Below are positions 1 to 12,723 of a stretch of DNA of 64,000 bases, piece by piece. The notes under the pieces were generated by a model that saw only the letters and a program-made list of their open reading frames with translations, searched no databases and was not told where the DNA came from. The position numbers and the translations under genes are program-made. Within the stretch, counting starts at the first letter, position 1; each line of letters opens with the position of its first letter. Source of the stretch: a virus; IMG/VR virus record IMGVR_UViG_3300045988_143823. The stretch is one strand, 5' to 3'.

Positions 1-10
1 ATTAATATTG

Positions 11-50
11 ACCTGAGGCGAACTCAAATCCGCCTCAGGTTGATTTTTAT
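11..50 (+). terminator. Rho-independent terminator, hairpin cctgaggcg..cgcctcagg followed by a T-run
   Basis: Perfect 9-bp inverted repeat with a short loop and a downstream T-tract. Confidence 0.6.
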
Positions 51-68
51 CCATTTTTATGATATAAT
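36..68 (+). promoter_or_regulatory. SigA-like promoter TTGATT-N17-TATAAT
   Basis: -35 and -10 hexamers with a 17-nt spacer upstream of the first gene; the same architecture recurs at 8704, 16131 and 21409. Confidence 0.5.
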
Positions 69-98
69 ATTTATATAAGGAAATATTGAAAGGAGTGA

Positions 99-644
99 TT
101 GAAAATAGCACATAAAGTAAAATGTTTTTATTGTGGATAGATTTTCGATAGAGATAAATTTCCATATGTTCAAGTTGGAACTCGTCGTTATGCTCATCCT
201 CAATGTGCTGGTGTCACTTCTGAAGAAGAAATTGTTAAACCTCCAGAAGAGAATAAGGAAAAGGCTGAATTAGAACAATATATAATGAAATTACTTGGAG
301 AAAATTATATTAATCCTCGTGTGCGAAAACAATTAAATCAATATGTAGAGGAATACAATTATACTTATTCAGGTATGTTAAAAGCCCTTATATATTTTTA
401 TGAAGTTAAAGGAAATTCTGTCGAAAAAGCAAATGGTGGAGTTGGTATAATCCCTTGGATATATAAAGATGCTTATAATTATTACTATAACTTATGGATG
501 ATAAAACAAAGAAATGAAGATAAAAATATCTCATTATATGTTCCACAAGTTCAAGAAATAACTATACCAATACCTCAACGGAAACCCTACAAGAAAAATT
601 TATTTTCATTTTTAGACGAAGAGGAGGGTGTGAATGGCATCTAA
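99..644 (+). CDS. DnaD-like replication initiation/helicase-loader protein with an N-terminal CxxC...HPxC zinc finger; TTG start; one in-frame TAG at codon 14
   Basis: ORF track 285..644 extends upstream in-frame through a TAG at 138-140 to a TTG at 99 preceded by GAAAGGAG. The C-terminus carries an aromatic YxxxYxxxW-type motif typical of DnaD/DnaB_2 domains. It sits immediately upstream of dnaB. Confidence 0.45.
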
Positions 645-2166
645 ATATGTCGACCCAACTGCAATAATGCAAGTGATTGGGTGCGTTTATAATTCACCAC
701 AATTACTTGATTTTACTGATAAGTATTCAATAACCGAAGAAGATTTTCCAGACCCATTTCATAGAGTTGTGTTTGGAGCGATTTATAAAATTCATGAATT
801 AGGTGCTGAAAAGGTTACCTTAGAAAATATTAATGATTTTTTAGCCTCTCGTCCAAAATATCAAGGTATATATAAAGCAAATAAAGGCGAAGAATGGCTT
901 CTAAATATTACAGATACAGCGAAACCATTATCATTTGATTATTATTATAGTCGTTTAAAGAAAATGTCTCTATTAAGAGCATATGATAATTATGGTATAG
1001 ATGTATCATTTATTTATGACCCTGATAATATTTTAGATGTTGAGAAAAAACAATTACAAGAAGATAATTTAGATAATTCATCATTAGAAAATATTGCAAA
1101 ATTAGTTGATGATAGAATTGAAACGATTAAATATGAATATGTAAATAATATAGAGGGTGTAGCAGTTCAAGCCGGCCATGGAATTTTTGATTTGCTTGAT
1201 TCTCTAAAAGAACATCCAGAAATTGGTTCACCATTATATGGACCACTCGTGAATACAGTGACACGTGGAGCCAGACTAAAGAAATTTTATTTGCGTTCAG
1301 CCCCTTCTGGTATTGGAAAAACTCGTTCAATGATTGCCGATGCTTGTAATCTTGGATGTAATAAAATTTATGATGAAACATTTGGTTGGATTAAAAATGG
1401 TATTTGTGAACCAGTTTTATATATCACAACAGAGCAAGAAATTAGTGAAATTCAAACTATGATGTTAGCATTTCTATCAAATGTTAATGAAGAACATATT
1501 TTGAATACAAAATTATATGTTGGTGATGAAGAAGAGCGAGTATTAGAAGCTGGTAAAATTATTGCTTCTAGTCCCATTTACATTCGTGAATTACCTGATT
1601 TTTCTCTGATGGATGTTGAGAATGAAATTAAAAAAGGTATTCGTGACCATGAAGTAAAATATGTATTTCATGATTATATTCATACAAGTTTAAAAATTCT
1701 TGAAGAAATTACTCGTCGTAGTGGTGGTGTTAAATTACGCGAAGATAATATCTTATTTATGTTATCAACTAAATTAAAAGATATTTGTAATCAATATGGT
1801 GTATTTATTATGTCTGCTACTCAGTTAAATGGTGCATATCAAGATGCTGAAACACCAGACCAAAATCTATTACGAGGAGCAAAAGCCATCGCTGATAAAA
1901 TTGACTATGGTTCAATTTTATTACCAGTAAAAGATGATGATTTAGTAGCATTAAATGATATTTTGCAAACAAATATTTTTGAAATTCCAACAATAAAAAT
2001 GTCAGTCTATAAAAATAGACGTGGAAGATATAAAGGTGTATATTTGTGGTGCAAAGCAGATTTAGGAACTTGTAGAATTAAACCTATGTTTTGTACTACT
2101 TATGGATATGAGTTAGTTCCAATAGATGATATAAAAATTAATTTTGAAGAAGAAAGTGCGTTTTAA
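634..2166 (+). CDS. dnaB: DnaB-family replicative DNA helicase
   Basis: 510 aa, Walker A motif SAPSGIGKT, typical DnaB-like size and position before a primase; no TAG. Confidence 0.8.
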   Translation: MASKYVDPTAIMQVIGCVYNSPQLLDFTDKYSITEEDFPDPFHRVVFGAIYKIHELGAEKVTLENINDFLASRPKYQGIYKANKGEEWLLNITDTAKPLSFDYYYSRLKKMSLLRAYDNYGIDVSFIYDPDNILDVEKKQLQEDNLDNSSLENIAKLVDDRIETIKYEYVNNIEGVAVQAGHGIFDLLDSLKEHPEIGSPLYGPLVNTVTRGARLKKFYLRSAPSGIGKTRSMIADACNLGCNKIYDETFGWIKNGICEPVLYITTEQEISEIQTMMLAFLSNVNEEHILNTKLYVGDEEERVLEAGKIIASSPIYIRELPDFSLMDVENEIKKGIRDHEVKYVFHDYIHTSLKILEEITRRSGGVKLREDNILFMLSTKLKDICNQYGVFIMSATQLNGAYQDAETPDQNLLRGAKAIADKIDYGSILLPVKDDDLVALNDILQTNIFEIPTIKMSVYKNRRGRYKGVYLWCKADLGTCRIKPMFCTTYGYELVPIDDIKINFEEESAF

Positions 2167-2177
2167 GGAGAATAATT

Positions 2178-2342
2178 ATGGAAAAAGCTGGTCAGATTGA
2201 ATATAAAATGTCTAAGCGTCAAGCTACAGAGCTGATTAAAAATTACAAGGGGCCTCGTAAGAATCCACAGGATATTTTGATTGAATATGTAAATACTAAT
2301 CTAAATCTTCTGCGTAAATGCGTGAAAGTGATTGTTGATTAA
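2178..2342 (+). CDS. small hypothetical protein (54 aa)
   Basis: Strong RBS TAAGGAGAATAATT then ATG; stop overlaps the primase start. Confidence 0.45.
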   Translation: MEKAGQIEYKMSKRQATELIKNYKGPRKNPQDILIEYVNTNLNLLRKCVKVIVD

Positions 2343-3445
2343 TGATTGTATTCGACAAGTCAGAAATCCGGGAAAAACTTACTACCGATAATATTTATGA
2401 CTTGTTGTTAGAATGGGGAGGCGATCCTGAGTATAATGAAACTGGGATCGTCTCTTCAACTATTTGTCATAATATGCCTGGCGAAGGTAGTAAAAAACTT
2501 TACTATTATGAAAATACTGGATTGTTTAAATGTTATACCGGATGCGACGCCACATTTGATGTATTTGAATTATGCACGAAAGTAATGCGTATTCAACATG
2601 AGCGAGAATTTGATTTAAACTCAGCAGTTTTATGGGTAGCTCATCGTTTTGGTTTAGGTGGAACAATTCAAGAATTAGATGAAGCCAAAACTCTTGAAGA
2701 TTGGAAAATTTTTAATGAATATAGTCGTATTCAAAGTATTGAGAAGAAAACTAATCAAATAACATTAAAAACTTATGATGAAAAAATTTTAACAAGATTC
2801 AATTATAAAGTTCAATTAACACCTTGGTTAGATGAAGGTATCTCACAAGAAGCATTAAATGCTGCTAAAATTGGTTTTTATCCAGGAGGCGATCAGATAA
2901 CAATTCCACATTATGATATTGATGGACGGTTTATTGGTTTGCGCGGGCGATCATTATGTAAAGAAGAGTGTGAATTATATGGAAAATATCGACCTATTCA
3001 TTTAAATAATCAATGGTATAGCCATCCTCTTGGTATGAATTTATATAACTTAAATCTGAGTAAAAATGCTATAAAGACATTTAAAAAAGCAATAGTATTT
3101 GAAGGGGAAAAATCTGTTTTAAAGTATAAAACTTATTTTGGTCTTAATAATGATATATCTGTGGCCTGTTGCGGTAGTAATTTATCTAGTCATCAAGTTC
3201 AATTATTATTAGATTGTGGAGTTGAAGAAATTATTATTGCATTCGATAGACAGTTTAAAGAACTCGGTGATGATGAATTTAAACATCTTAAATTAAATTT
3301 ATTAAAAGCAAGAAGTAAATTTAAAAATTATGCTACAATATCATTTATGTTTGATAAAACAGGATTGCTTGGCTATAAGGATTCACCAATCGATGATGGT
3401 AAAGATATTTTCTTGAAATTATTTAAAGAAAGGATTATAATATAA
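2342..3445 (+). CDS. dnaG: DnaG-like DNA primase (zinc-binding CHC2 region plus TOPRIM EGEKS motif)
   Basis: Cys/His cluster CHNMPGEGS...CYTGCD near the N-terminus, TOPRIM-like VFEGEKSVLK; no TAG. Confidence 0.7.
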   Translation: MIVFDKSEIREKLTTDNIYDLLLEWGGDPEYNETGIVSSTICHNMPGEGSKKLYYYENTGLFKCYTGCDATFDVFELCTKVMRIQHEREFDLNSAVLWVAHRFGLGGTIQELDEAKTLEDWKIFNEYSRIQSIEKKTNQITLKTYDEKILTRFNYKVQLTPWLDEGISQEALNAAKIGFYPGGDQITIPHYDIDGRFIGLRGRSLCKEECELYGKYRPIHLNNQWYSHPLGMNLYNLNLSKNAIKTFKKAIVFEGEKSVLKYKTYFGLNNDISVACCGSNLSSHQVQLLLDCGVEEIIIAFDRQFKELGDDEFKHLKLNLLKARSKFKNYATISFMFDKTGLLGYKDSPIDDGKDIFLKLFKERIII

Positions 3446-3621
3446 TGAGCGAATTACATTGGAATAAATATAATGCAGCCGCAGATTTAGATCCATTCCC
3501 AGATATAAGATATCAATGTCCATTATGTTATAAAAGTTTTAAAGAAGAATATGATAAATGTCCCAACTGTGGAAAAGTAATAAAAGGAGAATCACAATAT
3601 GAAAGGTATCGTTTGGGGTAA
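3445..3621 (+). CDS. small zinc-ribbon protein (CPLC...CPNC)
   Basis: 58 aa with two CxxC pairs; start overlaps the primase stop (TAATG). Confidence 0.45.
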   Translation: MSELHWNKYNAAADLDPFPDIRYQCPLCYKSFKEEYDKCPNCGKVIKGESQYERYRLG

Positions 3622-3910
3622 TCGTTGGATTTCAGCAGTAAATAAATTAGATTAGATAGCACTAAAATATGAATATCTCCATATTAGCCCTATTCAAATA
3701 ATTAAAACTAAAAATGAATATACAATTACTTATGAAAATGGAGATAATTGGCGAGCTATACGAGGTAATACTAATAGTCGAGGATATAAATGTAATATTT
3801 CTTATATTGATCGTGAAATTACTGATGATATTGTTGATACTATTATTAAACCTTGTACCACTGATTTTCCTTATCATGGGTTTGAGTATTATTATCCAGA
3901 AAAGGACTGA
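3599..3910 (+). CDS. hypothetical protein, 103 aa, one in-frame TAG
   Basis: RBS AAAGGAGAATCACA then ATG; the frame translates to a non-low-complexity protein (MKGIVWGNRWISAVNKLD-TAG-IALKYEYLHISPIQ...PEKD) that the ORF track missed because of the TAG. Confidence 0.4.
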
Positions 3911-3982
3911 TATAAATAATAAATTTAATAAAAAAATTAAAATATATAGGTAGTGATTTAATGAAAGGAGGGTGACTATTCT

Positions 3983-5728
3983 ATGGAATACCGCCTAAGA
4001 GCACCCGAGTTCCCGATATATACACCGGTAGAACAAGTGCTAGTAAATCGTGGAATACCCTACGATTAGATTAATCATTATTTAAACACTACTGATAATG
4101 ACATTTTAGACCCTCGGTTAATACCGCACTTAGATGAAGGTGCTAAAATGCTTATTAAACATATTTCACAAAATGACAAAGTTCTGATATAGGTAGATAG
4201 TGATTGTGATGGATATACTTCTGCCGCATTACTAATGAATTACCTATATTGTCTATTTCCCAGTTTTGTGAATAATAACATTTCTTATCGTGTCCATATG
4301 GGAAAACAGCACGGCATCATTCCAGATACAATTCCGGAAGATATTAAATTAGTAATTGCTCCAGATTCAAGTTCAAATGATTATGAAGCACATGAATATT
4401 TAAATTTGAGTGGAGTTGACGTGCTGGTAATAGACCACCATGAAGCTGATCACATTTCTGAGTATGCTTGTATAATTAATAATTAGTTATGTGATTATCC
4501 CACTAAATCATTATCTGGTGTAGCAATGGTCTGGAAATTTTGTTGCTATATTGATATGTTATTAAAGACTGACCATGCGTAGAAGTTTTTAGATTTAGTG
4601 GCTCTTGGATTGGTGGCTGACATGATGGATGTGCGAGATTTTGAAACAAGAAGATTAATAGATAAAGGACTTCAACAAATCCGCAATCCTTACTTCAGAG
4701 GTGCGATTGATAAAGACCAATTTCATTTTACAAATGAGATTACACCTATTGGAGTAGCTTTTTATATTGCTCCATTAATTAACGCGACAACTCGCGTCGG
4801 AACGCAAGAAGAAAAGCTCATGCTATTTGAATCAATGCTTGATTTTCGGGGATACGAACTTGTCCCATCAACGAAACGTGGATGTAAAGGTCAAGCAGAG
4901 ACGAGAGTAGAACAAGCTTGTCGAAATTGTACCAATATTAAAAGTAGACAAACCAAAATTCGAGACAATAGCTTGGAAAGAATTGAATAGATAATCGTAA
5001 ATCAAAATTTATTGAGTAATAAAATCTTAATCGTTCAATTAGATGATTTGATTACTGACCGCAACCTAACTGGATTAATAGCAAATCAATTAATGAGTGA
5101 ATATCAAAGACCTGTTTTAATCTTAAATAAAATTGAAAATGAAGATGGTACAATAACTTGGGAAGGGTCTGGTAGAGGATACGACAAATCTCGATTGAAA
5201 GATTTTAGAGGATTTTTAGAAAATAATAAATACGTTATGTATGCTGAAGGTCATGCTAATGCATTTGGTATTGGCATTAAAGATGAAGATATTAGCGCAT
5301 TTATTGCATCTACAAATTCTGCTCTAGATGGTTTTGATTTCACCCCAATCTATAATGTAGATTTTATCTACAAATCAGATGAGCTGACTCCTGATGAAGT
5401 TATTGACATCGCAGGAATGAAAAGCTTATGGGGCCAAGGAGTAGAAGAAGCTGAAATTGCTGTAGAAGGTATTAAAGTCCACAAGGACAATATACGTATT
5501 CTATCGCCAGATAAAAATCCTACTCTAAAGATAATGTTGCCTAACGGCATCAATTTTATGAAGTTTAGGTCGTCTGAAGAGGAATATGATAAACTATATT
5601 CTGAATTAGGTTATGTGACAATTAATATCGTTGGTGAATGCGAACGAAATATTTGGAATAATAAAATTAGTCCTCAAGTTATGATTAAAGATTACGAAAT
5701 TGTAGATAGGGCAAATTATTATTTTTAA
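3983..5728 (+). CDS. recJ: RecJ-like single-strand DNA exonuclease (DHH/DHHA1), 5 in-frame TAG codons
   Basis: RBS AAAGGAGGGTG. Contiguous in-frame translation gives DHH motif I (VDSDCDGYTSAALL), motif III (DHHEADH), and the LDLVALGLVAD motif. The three ORF-track fragments (4235, 4598, 5012) are all in the same frame and separated only by TAG. Confidence 0.85.
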
Positions 5729-5781
5729 TAATTGACACTTACGACTAATAGACCAAAAACCTATTAGGAGGAATTACAATT

Positions 5782-6612
5782 ATGAAAAATACTATTTTGA
5801 ATAAATGGCTGATTGCATTAAGCTGTGTATTAATTATTGGATGCAGCGTTAAAATCGTTGAAGCGTCAGCTATTACTCGAAATGCACTTTCGGAAGCTTA
5901 CATCCCTTCTGAAATGTCTTCTGTGGTAGATCTTACTACTACTATTGAGTATAAACAAATTAGAAATATATCTAAAACAGAAGATACACAAGAATTAAGA
6001 ACACTAATCCAAGAGTGTAAAACATTAAAAGAATCCGCTGAACAAATGCTAGTATTGGCTGATAATTTAGGATACACTGATAAACATCCAGTAGTTAAGA
6101 CAACAATTGCTGAAATTGAACAATTAAATAAATTGATTACAATTTATGAAAATCGGTTAGAACAAAAATGTTGGGAAATTCGAATTGAGAAATATCCAAC
6201 TGCTTCTAGTATTTGGCTATATTTAAGCGATCAAGGATATAGCGATGAAATATGCGCGGGTATCCTTGGCAATATAATGGCTGAGGTTGGTGGGCATACT
6301 TTAGATATTGAACATACTACCAATACTCATCCAGGATATTATGGCATATGTCAATGGAGTTTAAAATATAGTAATACTAAAGGTATGAATTTATCTGAAC
6401 AATGTCAATATTTAGTTGAAACTATTGAAAATGAATTTAATTCATTTGGTAGTGAATATAAATCAGGATTTGATTATGATGATTTTATTGAAATGACTGA
6501 TATTGAAGAAATTGCTTTAGCATTTGCTAAATGTTATGAACGCTGTGGATCAGGTTCTTATGATGTGAGACAATCAAATGCTTTAATCGCTTTTGAATAT
6601 TTTGCATCTTAA
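5782..6612 (+). CDS. predicted lipoprotein with a C-terminal phage-tail-lysozyme-like domain
   Basis: Signal peptide with lipobox LIIGC; motif GILGNIMAEVGG...GYYGICQWS resembles the tail-lysozyme family signature. Confidence 0.5.
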   Translation: MKNTILNKWLIALSCVLIIGCSVKIVEASAITRNALSEAYIPSEMSSVVDLTTTIEYKQIRNISKTEDTQELRTLIQECKTLKESAEQMLVLADNLGYTDKHPVVKTTIAEIEQLNKLITIYENRLEQKCWEIRIEKYPTASSIWLYLSDQGYSDEICAGILGNIMAEVGGHTLDIEHTTNTHPGYYGICQWSLKYSNTKGMNLSEQCQYLVETIENEFNSFGSEYKSGFDYDDFIEMTDIEEIALAFAKCYERCGSGSYDVRQSNALIAFEYFAS

Positions 6613-6676
6613 TTATATATGGTTATATGGAGAGGTATTTCTCCATATAACCCTTATTTTCATTTATGGAGATAAT

Positions 6677-6880
6677 ATGACAGAATTTAAATCAGCTTGG
6701 GATATCGCTCAAGACTTACATAATTTACTATATAATACAGAAAAATCTGATAATGAGATATATAATGAAGTATTTGAAATTAGTAAAATTTTCGCAAAGA
6801 CATTCCTTACAACACCAGAAGATTTCGCTCGGTCGTTTATGGCTCTAAGAACCGAAATCCAAAATGAAAAAGTGATTTAA
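6677..6880 (+). CDS. small hypothetical protein
   Basis: Internal ATG with GGAG RBS; the upstream part of the ORF-track entry looks non-coding. Confidence 0.35.
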   Translation: MTEFKSAWDIAQDLHNLLYNTEKSDNEIYNEVFEISKIFAKTFLTTPEDFARSFMALRTEIQNEKVI

Positions 6881-6908
6881 AAATTTTTATACCAAAATGG
6901 TGATATAA

Positions 6909-8105
6909 ATGATTTTAACAAATAAACAAGAACAAGGATTAAAAATAGCAGTAGAACGATATAAAAATAAAGAACGATATACAGTAATAGCAGGTTATGC
7001 TGGAAGTGGAAAATCAACTCTAATTAAATTTATTATCTCTGCTTTGGGAGTAAATCCAGAAGAAGAAGTTTGTTATGTAGCATTTACTGGTAAAGCAGCT
7101 ACAGTTCTCTAGACTAAAGGTTGCCCAAATGCAACTACTGCTCATTAGTTATTATATAAAGCGCGAATTACACCCAATGGAACATATAAATTTTTTCCAA
7201 GACCAAGAGAAGAGATAGTACACTATAAAGTAATTGTAGTAGACGAAGTTTCAATGCTTCCTAAAGCTATGTGGGAATTGCTCTTATCTCATGGTATCTA
7301 TATCTTAGCTACTGGAGATCCCGGTCAATTACCACCGATAGTTGATGAAGATAATAATCATGTGCTTGATAATCCACACATCTTCCTTGATGAAATTATG
7401 CGTCAAGCTCAAGATAGTGAAATTATTAGATTTTCAATGTGGATTCGTGATAACAAACCAATCTCTTCATATAAGGGTACTGAGGAACAAGTTTTAATTC
7501 GATTTAAATGGGATGAAATGCTTCCTTAGATGTATAATTGGGCAGACCAAATTATTTGCTCAACAAATGAAAAACGAAATGATATTAATCGTATAGTCCG
7601 AACTCAAAAAGGATATGACCCAGACCGGCCTTGTATTGGAGATAAATTAATTGGATTACATAACCAATGGGATTTTATATCTTCTAATCATACATGGGCG
7701 TTAACTAATGGGACTATTGGAACATTAGAAGATTTTTATGTTGAAGACATACGATTCCCATATTGGATTTATAAAAATCCTGTACCATTTATGTATGCTC
7801 AATTAAGACTTGATGATGATGATACATTTTGTGGAGTTCCTATTGATTATAATCAATTATTAACTGGCAAAAGAACATTTGAAGGAAAACAAATTTATCA
7901 AATTAAAAAGAATAAAAATTGTCCTGACCCTCCATTTGATTTTTCATATGCCTATGCTATTACTTGCTGGAAGGCTCAAGGTAGTGAATATAATAAAGTA
8001 TTAGGATTTGAAGAAGCTCCACCCTATGATAGAGAAACTCATAAAAAATATTTATATACCTTAGCCACAAGAGCTAAAGAGAGGCTGGTATTAATTAGGA
8101 AATGA
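6909..8105 (+). CDS. Dda/RecD-like SF1 DNA helicase, 3 in-frame TAG codons
   Basis: Walker A AGYAGSGKST, Walker B VVDEVSML, and a helicase C-terminal region. ORFs 6909, 7254 and 7530 are in one frame joined by TAGs at 7110, 7146 and 7527. Confidence 0.8.
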
Positions 8106-8710
8106 CAAAAATATTAACTATTGATTTTGATATATTAATGTGGGAATCATTGCCTCTATATAATAATTTAGTGCAATAGGATTGGAAAACTTTAACTGCT
8201 AATTTTAACTTATTAAATTATGTATAGTTTGATGGAGAACTATATAATCGTTTAACTCAAATGATTCTTAGACAGACAAAACATATTAAAAAAGAAAATG
8301 TGCATTTTATAACTTCACATCATCGAGTAATTAAATATCTTCCATTAAATGATCTTATTGAAATAACTAATATAGACCATCATCATGATATTCAATATAA
8401 TGAAATTGAACCAGAAAATGAATTAAATTGTGGTAATTGGATAAAATATGCTTATGAGCATGGATATGCAATTAATCAATATAATTGGATTCATAATGAT
8501 AATTCTATTTAGTGTCATTTAGATAAAAATAATTATTTATCTAAACAAGATACTATTGAAAATTTTGATTTAACAATGGAAGATTATGATATTATAATTA
8601 TTTGTTTGTCTCCACCCTGGGTGCCACCTAAGTACAGACCATTATATAATTGCTGGATTGATATGTTAAATCGGATTTATGATACAACATTTGTCGTAGA
8701 TGATTGATTT
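8102..8710 (+). CDS. hypothetical protein, about 202 aa, 3 in-frame TAG codons
   Basis: ATG overlaps the helicase TGA (ATGA); the continuous frame includes ORF 8261..8512 and ends at a TGA. Confidence 0.4.
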
Positions 8711-8732
8711 ATAATAAATTATATAGTATAAT
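8704..8732 (+). promoter_or_regulatory. SigA-like promoter TTGATT-N17-TATAAT upstream of the polymerase gene
   Basis: Consensus hexamers with a 17-nt spacer about 40 nt upstream of the 8770 start. Confidence 0.5.
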
Positions 8733-8769
8733 ATTATTATAAATAAAATAAATAAGAAAAAGGTGAATT

Positions 8770-11700
8770 ATGCGACCATATTTTGGCGTACACAACCATA
8801 CTCACTATTCAAATCTGCGTTTATTAGATTCTATTAATAGACCAGAAGAGTTGATTAAAACAGCAGAAAAATTAGGATTAAGTGGTATAGCAATTACTGA
8901 CCACGAATGTTTATCTGCTCATATGGAAGTTAATCAATTTGCAAAAGATTTTTTAAAAGAGCACCCTGATTTTACTATTGCATTAGGTAATGAAATTTAT
9001 TTAACTGATACAAGAGATTGTGGTCAAAAGTATTACCATTTTATTCTATTAGCAAAAGATGAAATTGGATATAAAGCATTGAAAGAATTGAGTTCAATTG
9101 CTTGGATTAATTCTTATACTGATAGAAAAATGGAACGTGTGCCAACATTAAAATCTGAATTAAAAAATGTAATGGCACAATATAAAGGACATGTTATCGC
9201 AACAACAGCTTGCATTGGTGGTGAATTAGGTTCTAATTTATATCCAATGTATGAAGCTGAAGTAGTAGGTGATATGCAAACTAAAAGCATTTATTATAAT
9301 AATGTTGTTAAATTCATTGAATTTTGTATAAATGTTTTTGGTAAAGATGATTTTTATTTAGAGTGCGCTCCATCTACTATGAAAGATCAACTTGTAGTAA
9401 ATCAAAAGATTTATCAAGTAGCAAAAGCATATGATTTAAAAATGGTAATTGGAACCGATGCTCATTATTTAACAAAGAAAGATAGACCAATTCATAAAGC
9501 TTATTTAAATTCTAAAGATGGCGAGCGTGAAGTTGATTCATTCTATGAGTTTGCTTATGTAATGGATAGTGATGAAGTAGAAGAATTAATGTTACCATAT
9601 ATGGATACTTGGGATAAAAATAAAACTCCTCAAGAGATTATGAATTGGATTTTTAACAATACATTAGAAATTCAAAAGAAAATAAAATTTTATTCTCTGG
9701 AACGTAAACAACAAATTCCAAGAGTAGAAGTAATTGATTATAAAAAAGGATTCATTCCAGCAGATTGGCTTGAGAAATATCCTGTTATTTGTTCACTGAT
9801 TAATAGTGATGATATTCAAGAACGATATTGGGTGAATGAATGTATTAAAGCACTACAAGAAAAACAATTATATGAGAATGAAACATATATATCTCGGCTT
9901 GAAACTGAAGCTAATGTAATTAAAAATATTGGCGAAAAGCTTGAAGATTGTTTGTTTGCTTATTTTAATACATTTAAACATTATATTGATTTGTTCTGGG
10001 AATGCGGGAGTATTGTTGGCCCCGGTCGAGGCTCAGCAACTGGTTTCTTATCTAATTATTTACTGGGAATTACTCAGCTAGATCCAATTCGTTGGGGATT
10101 ACCATATTGGCGTTTCTTGAACTTAGAGCGCGCAGAATTGCCTGATATTGATATCGATCTGGCCCCAAGCAAACGCCCGGCAATTTTTAGTGCTATCCGT
10201 AAAGAACGGGGAACATTAGGTTTAATTCAAGTTGCAACGTTTGGAACTGAAGGAACAAAGCAAGCAATTTTAACTGCTTGTCGTGGTTATAGAAGTGATG
10301 ATTATCCCAATGGTATTGATGTAGATGAAGCTCAATTTATGTCTTCATTAATCCCGCAGGAACGTGGATTTTTATGGCCGATGAAAGATGTAGTAAATGG
10401 TAATCCTGATAAAGATAGAAAGCCAGTTACCACATTTATCCAAAAGGTAAACCAGTATCCTGGTCTATTGGATATTATTGTATATATTGAAGGAATTGTT
10501 AATAAACGTTCTTCTCATGCTTCTGGTGTTATTTTATATGGTGAAGACCCATTTGAAACTGCATCATTTATGAAAACTCCCAGCGGTGATTTAATTACTT
10601 GTTGGGACTTACATAAAGCTGAAGCAGCCGGAGATACTAAATATGACTTCCTGGTAACAGAAGCATGTGATAAAATTATTCAATGTTATAATTTATTAAA
10701 AGAGGATAATCAAATTCCTGATATTGGTCTACGTGATTTTTATAATAAATATCTTCATCCAGAAGTAATAGATACGTCTGATAAACGTATTTGGGAACAC
10801 TTGGCCGCAGGAGATATTCTTGACGTATTCCAATTCTCTACTGGTGTAGGTTTAGCTATTGCTAAAAAATTGAAACCAAAAGATCCTATGGAAATGACCG
10901 CCGCGAACGCTATGATGCGTCTAATGAGTGAAAAAGGTAAAGAAAGTCAGCAAGATAGATATTATCGAATCCAAAAAGCTGGTATTCAAGTTTTTGATAA
11001 AGAAATGAAAGATAATCATTTGCCAGAAGAAATGATTGAAAAAATGCACAAGCATTGTGATAGATATTATGGATGTTGTCCACTTCAAGAGCAAATGATG
11101 GAAATCCTTATGGATGTCGCTGGATTTACATTAGGCGAAGCAAATAGTGCGCGTAAAGTTGTTGCTAAAAAACAAATGGCAAAAATTCCTCAATTAAAAG
11201 AGCAAGTATTTAGTAAATTTACTAATGAACATAATGCTGAATATTTTTGGGAAAATGCAATCGCTCCTCAATTAGGATATGCGTTTAGTTTAAATCACTC
11301 TCTTCCTTATTCATTTGTCGCAATTCAAATGATTTATTTAGCAATTAATTTCAATCCTATTTATTGGAATTGTGCTTGTTTAATTGTAAACAGTGGAGCA
11401 TTGGAAAATGAACCAGAAGAAATAACTGATGAAGATTATGATTATTCTGGTGAAGAATATTGTGGTGCTTCTCCAGAAGATATAATGGAGAACAAATCAA
11501 AAAATAAAAAAGTGGCTAGCACTGATTATGGTAAAATCGCAAAAGCTATTGGAGATATACGGTCAGCTGGTATTAAAGTAAGTTTGGCTGATATTAATAA
11601 GGCTAAATTTGGATTTGCGCCTGATGTTGAAAATAATCAAATTTTATTTGGTTTAAAAGGATTGTTGAATGTTGGCGATGATTTGATTAATAATATTATT

Positions 11701-12723
11701 GCAAATCGTCCATATATATCAGTGAAAGATTTTTATTATCGCATTAAGCCAAGTAAGCAAGCAATGATTTCATTGATTAAAAGCGGTGCATTTGATGAAA
11801 TGATGGACCGTAAAGATTTAATGATTTGGTATATTTGGGAAACGTGTGATAAAAAATCTCGTTTAACATTACAAAATTTAGCAACTCTAATTCGTTATAA
11901 TTTATTACCAGAAGATAAAGATGAATATGTAATGGCAAGACGAGTTTATGAATTTAATAGATATTTAAAAGCTGTCTGTAAAGATGGTAATATCTATAAA
12001 GTTGACGAACGAGCGATTAATTTCTTAATTGAAATTGGTTGTGATGATTTAATTGGTAGTTGTTATTTATTAGATTCTAAGGCTTGGGATAAAGTATATC
12101 AAAAATATATGGATATATTCCGAACTTGGATTGCAGAAAATAAAGATGTTATTTTAAATAAATTAAATAATAAAATATTTAAAGAAGATTGGGATAAATA
12201 TGCATCTAAATCTATTTCAGCGTGGGAAATGGAAGTCTTATGTTTCTATTATCATGAGCATGAATTAGCCCATGTAAATAATAGTAAATATGGATTTGTT
12301 GATTTCTTCCATCTGCCAGAAGAGCCTATTGTTGATAAAACATTTTCTAAAGGTAATAAAACAATTACGATGTATAAATTACATAAGATTTGCGGAACTT
12401 GTATTGCTAAAAATAAAACTAAATCTACAGTTACATTACTTACCACTTCTGGAGTTGTCGAGGTTAAATTTAGAAAAGAATATTTCTCATTATTTGATAA
12501 GTAGATTTCAGAAAAACAAATTGATGGTACTAAAAAAGTAATGGAAAAAAGCTGGTTTAATCGTGGTAATATGATTGCTGTTCAAGGCATTCGTCAAGGC
12601 GATAATTTTATAGCAAAAAAGTATGCTAGTTCTGGCGGTCACCAGTTGTATAAAATTGATAAAATTTTAGATAATGGTGATATTGAATTAAAAGATGAAA
12701 GATACAATGGAGGAGCTAATTAA
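8770..12723 (+). CDS. dnaE: DNA polymerase III alpha subunit (DnaE-type, N-terminal PHP domain), 1317 codons with one in-frame TAG at 12502
   Basis: PHP motif HNHTHYS...ITDHE, PolIII alpha core motifs, and a C-terminal OB-fold region encoded after the TAG in the same frame; ends TAA. Confidence 0.9.

Noticed and set aside
3662-3953. ORF-track entries 3714..3953 (+) and 3662..3877 (-)
   Set aside because: Low-complexity I/L/F-rich translations in an AT-rich stretch; the real gene here is the other-frame 3599..3910 ORF, which reads through a TAG
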